DNA of 64,000 nucleotides from a virus. Under the pieces are notes generated by a model, which did not search any database, was not told where the DNA came from, and saw only the letters and a list, made by a program, of their open reading frames with translations. Where the stretch lies: the IMG/VR virus record IMGVR_UViG_3300030202_002001, positions 31,561-95,560 of that record, one strand, 5' to 3'. The first letter of the stretch is position 1, and each line of letters starts with the position of its first letter. Made by a program: the position numbers and the translations under genes. Positions 57,365 through 64,000 of the stretch are shown one piece after another.

Positions 57365-59856
57365 AATTCTATACTAATGTACAAATGATCGGGGACCAGT
57401 TTCTCGTTCGTGCTTATGAAAATGGTGAGTACATTCAGTTCCGCGAAAAATACAAACCTACATTATTTGTTCCTTCTAAAAAAGAAACCTTCTATAAAAC
57501 TCTTGATGGTAATTATGTTGAACCCATTAAACCTGGGTTCGTATCTGACTGTCGAGAGTTTTTGAAGAGTTATGGTGATGTTGATAACTTCAAGATCTAT
57601 GGTAATGAAAGGTATATCTATCAGTATATCTCTGATAAGTATCCTCAAGACGAAATTAAATTCGATCCTACCAAGATTCGTCAGGTAACAGTTGATATTG
57701 AGACTCGTTCGGAAAATGGATTTCCAGATCCAGAGGTAGCAGATCAGGAGATCTTGCTGATTACTATTCAAGATTACAACACTAAAGAGATTACAACTTG
57801 GGGTCAAGGTCCGTTTAAGATTAAACAGGACAATGTTCGCTACATTCAGTTCAATAATGAGCGTGATCTACTCAACAGTTTTATCAACTGGTGGATGGAG
57901 AATACTCCTGATGTTGTGACTGGTTGGAACATCCAACTGTTTGATATTCCATTTATCACTAAGCGCATTGATCGTGTTCTTGGAGAAAAACTTGCAAAAA
58001 GATTATCTCCATGGGGTTTGGTATCTCAAAAGGAAGTCTTTATCAAGGGCCGTAAGCAGGTGTTCTATGATATTGGTGGTATAACGCAGTTAGATTACCT
58101 TGATCTCTACAAGAAATTCACTTATACGAACCAAGAATCATATCGTCTTGACCATATTGCTAATGTAGAACTGGGTCAAAAGAAACTTGATCACTCTGAG
58201 TTTGATACATTTCAAGATTTTTACACAAACGGGTGGCAAAAGTTCGTTGAATATAATATAATTGATGTGGAGCTCGTTGATCGTCTTGAAGACAAGATGA
58301 AGTTGATTGAGCTTGCTCTGACCATGGCATATGATGCTAAGGTGAACTATAATGATGTCTTCTATCAGGTTCGGATGTGGGATACCATCATCTACAACTA
58401 CCTGAAGAAGAAAGGTGTTGTTATTCCACCTAAAGAGAAAACTGACAAAGATGAAAAGTATGCAGGTGCCTATGTCAAGGAACCGATTCCAGGAGTCTAT
58501 GATTGGGTTGTGTCTTTTGACCTTAACTCTCTCTACCCTCATCTTATTATGCAGTACAACATCTCACCAGAGACCCTCCTCGACGAGAAACATCCAACGG
58601 TTACAGTTGATAAGATACTTGGGGAGGAACTAAACTTTGAGTTGTACAAAGACAATGCTGTCTGTGCAAATGGTGCCATGTTCCGCAAGGACAAGAAGGG
58701 ATTCTTGCCCGAATTGATGGAGAAAATGTATGGAGAGCGTGTTATCTTCAAGAAGCGGATGCTCAAAGCCAAGCAGGAGTATGAGAAGACTCCTACTGTT
58801 GCGTTACAGAAAGAGATCGCCAGATGTAACAACATTCAAATGGCGAAAAAGATTTCTCTTAACTCTGCTTATGGTGCTATTGGTAATCAATACTTCAGGT
58901 ATTTTAAACTAGCAAACGCTGAGGCAATTACATTGTCTGGTCAAGTCTCAATTCGTTGGATTGAGAACAAGATGAACGAATATCTAAATAAACTACTCTC
59001 TACAGAGAAGGAGGATTATGTCATTGCATCTGACACTGACTCAATCTATCTTAACCTTGGACCTCTTGTTACTAAATTTCTTGGTAGTAAGTCTGGCGAT
59101 AAAGCAGCAGTTGTGGGGTTACTTGACAAGATCTGTCAAGACAAATTGGAACCATACATCGATAAGTCGTATGAAAATCTGGCGGATTATGTCTCGGCAT
59201 ACGAACAAAAAATGCAAATGAAGCGGGAGAATATCGCTGATCGCGGTATCTGGACTGCTAAGAAGAGATATATCCTAAATGTATGGAACAGTGAGGGCGT
59301 TCAGTATTCTGAACCAAAATTAAAAGTGATGGGTATCGAGGCTGTCAAGTCATCGACACCTGCACCCTGCCGTCAAATGCTTAAAGATTCTTTTAAGATT
59401 ATGATGTCAGGATCAGAAGATAATATGATAGACTACATAGATGACTGCCGTAAGAAATTCAAGCAACTAACTCCAGAGGATATTTCCTTTCCAAGATCTG
59501 TCAGTGATGTTGCAAAATACAAATCCTCTTCGGACATCTATTCTAAGGGAACACCAATCCACTGTCGTGGTGCTCTTCTTTATAACCATTACATCAAAAA
59601 AGCAAAACTTACTAACAAATATTCTCTCATTCAAAACGGGGAGAAGATCAAGTTTTGTTATTTGAAGAAACCCAACATCATACATGAGAATGTCATTTCA
59701 TTTATTCAGGATTTTCCTAAGGAGTTGGGTATCAATAAGTATGTCGATTACGACACTCAATTCGACAAAGCGTTTTTAGAACCTTTGAAGACTATTCTTG
59801 ATGCTATTGGGTGGTCAGTGGAAAAAACAGTAAACCTAGAACTCTTCTTCACATGA
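57361..59856 (+). CDS. gp43: Family B DNA polymerase gp43
   Basis: DIET exonuclease, SFDLNSLYP, KISLNSAYG, SDTDS, KKRY. Confidence 0.98.
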   Translation: MKFYTNVQMIGDQFLVRAYENGEYIQFREKYKPTLFVPSKKETFYKTLDGNYVEPIKPGFVSDCREFLKSYGDVDNFKIYGNERYIYQYISDKYPQDEIKFDPTKIRQVTVDIETRSENGFPDPEVADQEILLITIQDYNTKEITTWGQGPFKIKQDNVRYIQFNNERDLLNSFINWWMENTPDVVTGWNIQLFDIPFITKRIDRVLGEKLAKRLSPWGLVSQKEVFIKGRKQVFYDIGGITQLDYLDLYKKFTYTNQESYRLDHIANVELGQKKLDHSEFDTFQDFYTNGWQKFVEYNIIDVELVDRLEDKMKLIELALTMAYDAKVNYNDVFYQVRMWDTIIYNYLKKKGVVIPPKEKTDKDEKYAGAYVKEPIPGVYDWVVSFDLNSLYPHLIMQYNISPETLLDEKHPTVTVDKILGEELNFELYKDNAVCANGAMFRKDKKGFLPELMEKMYGERVIFKKRMLKAKQEYEKTPTVALQKEIARCNNIQMAKKISLNSAYGAIGNQYFRYFKLANAEAITLSGQVSIRWIENKMNEYLNKLLSTEKEDYVIASDTDSIYLNLGPLVTKFLGSKSGDKAAVVGLLDKICQDKLEPYIDKSYENLADYVSAYEQKMQMKRENIADRGIWTAKKRYILNVWNSEGVQYSEPKLKVMGIEAVKSSTPAPCRQMLKDSFKIMMSGSEDNMIDYIDDCRKKFKQLTPEDISFPRSVSDVAKYKSSSDIYSKGTPIHCRGALLYNHYIKKAKLTNKYSLIQNGEKIKFCYLKKPNIIHENVISFIQDFPKELGINKYVDYDTQFDKAFLEPLKTILDAIGWSVEKTVNLELFFT

Positions 59857-60026
59857 CAGATCAAGAAAGGTGGAATAGGGGCCTTGACCTCTTTATTGAA
59901 AGCGTCCACAAACCAGATAGTGAGTTGCGGCAATGTGCTCATAACCAAAAATGCTTCAATGAATTAATGTCGGTGCGTGAAAATGTGCTAGAATACCTAA
60001 AGACATTGAGATGGGACGAACCCTAA
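59853..60026 (+). CDS. Small hypothetical protein
   Basis: ATGA overlap with gp43; WNRGLDLFIESVHKPD..LRQCAHNQKCFNELM. Confidence 0.7.
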   Translation: MTDQERWNRGLDLFIESVHKPDSELRQCAHNQKCFNELMSVRENVLEYLKTLRWDEP

Positions 60027-60146
60027 ATGATTAAAGTAAAGTATCAACTTAAAGAACATTTGGGTGTAAAACTTTTTAAGTTCTTTAAAACAAAAGACCA
60101 TGCTGAAAGTTTTAAATCTCAAAACCCAAACTACATTTTTGATTAA
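60027..60146 (+). CDS. Small hypothetical protein (39 aa; not in track)
   Basis: MIKVKYQLKEHLGVKLFKFFKTKDHAESFKSQNPNYIFD fills the gap before uvsX. Confidence 0.5.
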   Translation: MIKVKYQLKEHLGVKLFKFFKTKDHAESFKSQNPNYIFD

Positions 60147-60148
60147 TA

Positions 60149-61153
60149 ATGGATTTTCTCAAAGAAATTGTCAAGGAGGTTGGTGGTGAATACACACAAC
60201 TCGCCTCAGATATTGACGACTCTGAAACTTATGTGGACACGGGTTCGTACATCTTTAACGGACTCGTTTCAGGTAGTATATTTGGTGGTGTATCTGGGAA
60301 TAAGATTACTGCCATTGCTGGCGAGTCTAGCACTGGTAAAACTTTCTTCTCACTTGCTGTTGTTAAGAATTTCCTCGATTCTAATCCTGACGGTTACTGC
60401 CTGTACTTTGACACTGAAGCCGCAGTTAATAAATCCCTTCTCTCAAGTCGTGGTATCGACCTTTCTCGTCTCGTCGTTGTTAATGTCGTTACCATCGAAG
60501 ACTTCAGAAGTAAAGCACTGAAGTCAGTTGACTTATATCTGAAAAAGAACGCAGAAGATCGCAAACCCTGTATGTTTGTGTTAGACTCTTTGGGTATGTT
60601 GTCCACCGAGAAAGAGATCACTGATGCTCTGAACGACAAACAGGTTCGTGATATGACAAAATCACAACTGGTTAAAGGAGCGTTCAGGATGTTGACATTG
60701 AAGCTTGGGCAGGCTAACATACCTATGATAGTCACCAACCACACCTACGATGTCATTGGTTCTTATGTCCCTACAAAAGAAATGGGAGGAGGTAGTGGAC
60801 TCAAGTACGCTGCGTCCACCATCATTTACTTGTCCAAGAAAAAAGAAAAAGACGGCACCGATGTCGTTGGAAACCTTATCAAGGCAAAGACTGCTAAGTC
60901 GCGTCTGAGTAAGGAGAATAAAGATGTTACTGTTCGCTTGTATTACGATGAGCGGGGCCTTGATCGCTACTATGGTCTTCTTGAACTCGGAGAAATTGCG
61001 GGACTCTGGAAGAATGTAGCGGGTCGTTATGAGATTGATGGTAAGAAAGTTTATGCCAAGGCAATCTATAAAGACCCTGATCAATATTTCACCCCTGAGG
61101 TGATGGAAAAACTTGACGAGGTTGCTCGTAAAGAATTTAGTTACGGTGAGTGA
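60149..61153 (+). CDS. uvsX: RecA-like recombinase UvsX
   Basis: AGESSTGKT, YFDTEAA, VLDSLG, MGGGSGLKYAAS. Confidence 0.95.
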   Translation: MDFLKEIVKEVGGEYTQLASDIDDSETYVDTGSYIFNGLVSGSIFGGVSGNKITAIAGESSTGKTFFSLAVVKNFLDSNPDGYCLYFDTEAAVNKSLLSSRGIDLSRLVVVNVVTIEDFRSKALKSVDLYLKKNAEDRKPCMFVLDSLGMLSTEKEITDALNDKQVRDMTKSQLVKGAFRMLTLKLGQANIPMIVTNHTYDVIGSYVPTKEMGGGSGLKYAASTIIYLSKKKEKDGTDVVGNLIKAKTAKSRLSKENKDVTVRLYYDERGLDRYYGLLELGEIAGLWKNVAGRYEIDGKKVYAKAIYKDPDQYFTPEVMEKLDEVARKEFSYGE

Positions 61154-62529
61154 TGAGTGACAGGATTGAACTGACTATTCTAAGGAACTTAATTCATGAT
61201 GAAGAGTTCCTTAGAAAGGTTTTACCATTTGTAGAACCTGATTATTTTGATGAACGCAATGAACAACTTATCTTTGAGGAAATCAGTTCTTTTGTCAACC
61301 TATATGATAAGGTTCTGACTCCAGAGATTCTTAATATTGAAGTTCAAAACCGTGATGATATCTCTGAAACAGAATGCAGAGATGCTTTAAAGTTGGTTGA
61401 GATCCTAACTGAGAGTGAAACACACACTCAGTGGTTGCTTGATGCTACTGAAAAATGGTGCCGTGATCGTGCTATCTATTTGGCACTGATGGAATCTATT
61501 CAGATTGCAGACGGTAAGGATAGTAAAAAAACTAGAGATGCTATCCCAGGTATCATGCAAGACGCTCTTGCCGTCTCGTTTGATAACCATATTGGTCACG
61601 ATTATCTTCAGGATTATGAGGCAAGATATGACTACTACCACAAAGACGAGTCAAAAATCCCGTTCGACCTGGAATATCTTAACAAGATTACAAAAGGCGG
61701 CATGCCTAATAAGACACTCACTGTTGCTCTGGCTGGTACTGGTGTTGGTAAATCTCTCTTTATGTGTCATGTGGCAAGCTCGGTGCTACTACAGGGGAAA
61801 AATGTGTTATATATCACGCTTGAGATGTCTGAAGAAAAAATTGCAGAAAGAATTGACGCTAATCTTTTGGATGTTAACATTAGAGACCTAGCAGAACTTC
61901 CTCGTCAGTTATTCGACACAAAGGTTGCAAAGGTTGCTGCAAAAACTCAGGGAGCACTTATAATTAAAGAGTATCCAACAGCAAGTGCTCATAGTGGTCA
62001 TTTCAAGTCTTTGCTTAGCGACCTGGCACTTAAGAAATCTTTTCGCCCTGATATTATTTTCGTTGATTACCTTAATATATGCGCTTCCTCCCGCTATCGC
62101 GGAGCCATTGGTGTCAATTCATATAGCTACATCAAGGCTATTGCTGAAGAACTTAGAGGACTTGCTGTCGAAGCCGAAGTCCCTATCGTATCTGCCACCC
62201 AGACCACTCGTTCTGGTTATAGTAGCAGTGATGTTGACATTACTGATACCTCTGAGTCCTTTGGGCTCCCTGCTACTGCTGATCTTATGCTTGCCCTTAT
62301 TTCATCTGAAGATCTTGAAGGACTCGGGCAAATTATGGTAAAGCAATTGAAGAATAGATATGGTGATCCTACAGTTAATAAGAGATTTGTGGTTGGAATT
62401 GATAGATCTAAGATGCGTTTATATGATTGTGAACAGAGTGAAGGTGGTTCTCTTCTTGGGGAAGGTGACAATACCGTAGAGGATTCATTTAAAAAAGAAA
62501 ATAAATTTGAGGGATTTAAATTTGATTAA
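61153..62529 (+). CDS. gp41: Replicative helicase gp41 (DnaB-like)
   Basis: LAGTGVGKSLFMC, IKEYPTASAH, DYLNIC, SESFGLPATAD, KQLKNRY. Confidence 0.96.
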   Translation: MSDRIELTILRNLIHDEEFLRKVLPFVEPDYFDERNEQLIFEEISSFVNLYDKVLTPEILNIEVQNRDDISETECRDALKLVEILTESETHTQWLLDATEKWCRDRAIYLALMESIQIADGKDSKKTRDAIPGIMQDALAVSFDNHIGHDYLQDYEARYDYYHKDESKIPFDLEYLNKITKGGMPNKTLTVALAGTGVGKSLFMCHVASSVLLQGKNVLYITLEMSEEKIAERIDANLLDVNIRDLAELPRQLFDTKVAKVAAKTQGALIIKEYPTASAHSGHFKSLLSDLALKKSFRPDIIFVDYLNICASSRYRGAIGVNSYSYIKAIAEELRGLAVEAEVPIVSATQTTRSGYSSSDVDITDTSESFGLPATADLMLALISSEDLEGLGQIMVKQLKNRYGDPTVNKRFVVGIDRSKMRLYDCEQSEGGSLLGEGDNTVEDSFKKENKFEGFKFD

Positions 62530-63385
62530 ATCTAAGACCGATATCTGGGAAGAGATTTCAGGACTGAATAATCTTGAGATTGAGTTCCATATGTTGAATG
62601 GGAATATCCCTATTCTTATGGCGAAAGATGTATTCAAATACCCCGATAAAGTTCAAGAGTTTTTAAGTTCTTTAGATTATTGGGAGACTAAAAAATTTAG
62701 TTCAGATACAATCATTCGCCCTGGTTTAACTCATCAATTTGCAGAACCACTCTTTCCTTTTATAGCAAAAGAGTTTACTCCTGGACTGTCTAAACTTTTT
62801 GGTGTTAATAATTTACGACCAACTGACATTTACTGTAGTGCTTTCAGTGGAGATATGACTCTAGATCCCACTGGAGGATTATGCTGCTATCCTCATATGG
62901 ATAGTGATATGGATCAAACTGGACAAGAACAAGACTGTCCTTGTTTAGTGTTAAATTTAAATCTTACTAAAAGTGTTGATCCAGTTACTACTGGATTTTG
63001 GTCTTGGAGAGGAAAAACTAATTTCTTACAAATGGATAGAGACGATAAGAATAGTTTGAATAACTTCTATGATCGTCATGAAGATTTGACTATTGAAAAT
63101 TGGTTTCAAGTTCATGACTACGAAGATTTTAAAATTGAAACTCAAGCCGAAATGGTGTATAATAGTATGGTAGTGTACTTCCCTGGAGTCCTTCATAACC
63201 CATATATCAAACCTGAGTGGTTTGCAGATAATCATAGACTAATGATGTCAATCTTTTACAACTTATCTCCTGAGGGACTAGATTTTGAAGAAGGAGATTG
63301 TGAACTAGTCAGTGCCGCATGGGAGCATTTTAAGCTAGATACATTGTTCAACTATCATCCACAACTAACAGAACCCCAATTTTAA
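62507..63385 (+). CDS. Hypothetical protein, probable divergent 2OG-Fe(II) oxygenase
   Basis: YPHMD...TTGFW...YNSMVVY...LH...RL pattern; start uncertain (TTG). Confidence 0.6.
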   Translation: MRDLNLIKSKTDIWEEISGLNNLEIEFHMLNGNIPILMAKDVFKYPDKVQEFLSSLDYWETKKFSSDTIIRPGLTHQFAEPLFPFIAKEFTPGLSKLFGVNNLRPTDIYCSAFSGDMTLDPTGGLCCYPHMDSDMDQTGQEQDCPCLVLNLNLTKSVDPVTTGFWSWRGKTNFLQMDRDDKNSLNNFYDRHEDLTIENWFQVHDYEDFKIETQAEMVYNSMVVYFPGVLHNPYIKPEWFADNHRLMMSIFYNLSPEGLDFEEGDCELVSAAWEHFKLDTLFNYHPQLTEPQF

Positions 63386-63387
63386 TC

Positions 63388-64000
63388 ATGCCTACTTATT
63401 CTTCTGCTATCGCTGATGGAACGCCAGATCCCCAGAAACCCGTAGCAACTCCTCCTCGCCGTCCACGCGCTAAAGAATTTTGGGAGGTAGAACCTGGTGA
63501 TCCTGGAACTGAAGGTTGGTCCGATAACCCCGAAGATCCGACTGGTCCTCAAATTGGTAACCCTGCAGCAGCTGCTCCAGTAGTAGCACCAACTCCTCCT
63601 ACCCCACCTGCACCTGCGCCACAAATGCCTGTAGTAGTGACTGCACCACAATCAACAACTTCTAAAGATAAGTATGTTGAGTTTGTTAACCAGGTGACAA
63701 GCGAACCTTCCAAGGATCCTGCACAATTCATTTCTCGTATTGCCACACTTCAGGCAAGTGGTTGTGAAGTGCAGCGTCTTCTGACTGCTGCCGTAGGTAT
63801 GTCTGCTGAGGCAGGAGAGTTTACTGAGATTGTCAAGAAGGTTATCTTCCAAGGAAAGCCTTGGGATGCAGATAACATCGAACATCTGAAGGTTGAACTG
63901 GGTGATGTCCTCTGGTATGCTGCTCAAGCATGCATGGCACTCGATGTTTCTTTTGAAGAAGTGCAGGATCGTAACATCGAGAAACTGTCGAAGCGTTATC
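63388..64000 (+). CDS. mazG: MazG-like NTP pyrophosphohydrolase with Pro-rich N-terminal extension; runs off window end (not in track)
   Basis: Manual translation: ...LLTAAVGMSAEAGEFTEIVKKVIFQGKP...ELGDVLWYAAQACMAL...NIEKLSKRY. Confidence 0.9.
   Translation, partial: MPTYSSAIADGTPDPQKPVATPPRRPRAKEFWEVEPGDPGTEGWSDNPEDPTGPQIGNPAAAAPVVAPTPPTPPAPAPQMPVVVTAPQSTTSKDKYVEFVNQVTSEPSKDPAQFISRIATLQASGCEVQRLLTAAVGMSAEAGEFTEIVKKVIFQGKPWDADNIEHLKVELGDVLWYAAQACMALDVSFEEVQDRNIEKLSKRY

Noticed and set aside
24359-62529. Inteins or introns in gp17, gp20, gp43, gp41 or uvsW
   Set aside because: Lengths and motif spacing are normal; no splice motifs or broken frames seen
316-63927. Numerous minus-strand and alternate-frame ORFs in the track (e.g. 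28123-28665, 33339-33908, 34257-34778, 14813-15238)
   Set aside because: They shadow well-supported + strand genes, have no recognisable motifs and are expected from codon bias
1-64000. tRNA/rRNA genes and stop-codon reassignment
   Set aside because: No cloverleaf/T-loop signature seen by eye (tRNAscan not run); core genes are full length in the standard code and all three stops are used

Overview
This is a 64-kb segment of a T4-like cyanomyovirus (marine Synechococcus/Prochlorococcus phage), with essentially all genes on the + strand. Structural block: end of baseplate wedge gp8, a 2440-aa VrlC/DUF4815-like protein, a 2255-aa fibre, neck/tail genes gp13-15 and gp16. A ~5-kb accessory island follows (petE, petF, a degenerate Gnd NAD-binding domain, an ndhP-like gene, small membrane proteins, putative internal head proteins, an SNase nuclease), then gp17-gp23 and gp3. 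Replication/recombination block: uvsY, uvsW, gp55, gp47/46, a vWA-peptidase plus MoxR/CobS AAA pair, gp45, gp44, dam, gp62, regA, hsp20, gp43, uvsX, gp41 and a partial mazG. The best candidates for undescribed biology are: (i) a promoter/pseudoknot RNA/ParB-like gene module with a second small pseudoknotted RNA between regA and hsp20; (ii) a Dam, 2OG-Fe(II) oxygenase, carbamoyltransferase and UPF0489-like hydrolase cluster inside the clamp-loader genes; (iii) a cassette after gp23 bounded by identical terminators and carrying a candidate sRNA; (iv) possible NDH-1 small subunits in the island; (v) proteins with T4-type capsid-targeting signals. All family calls come from motif recognition and synteny by eye; no database search or folding computation was run.
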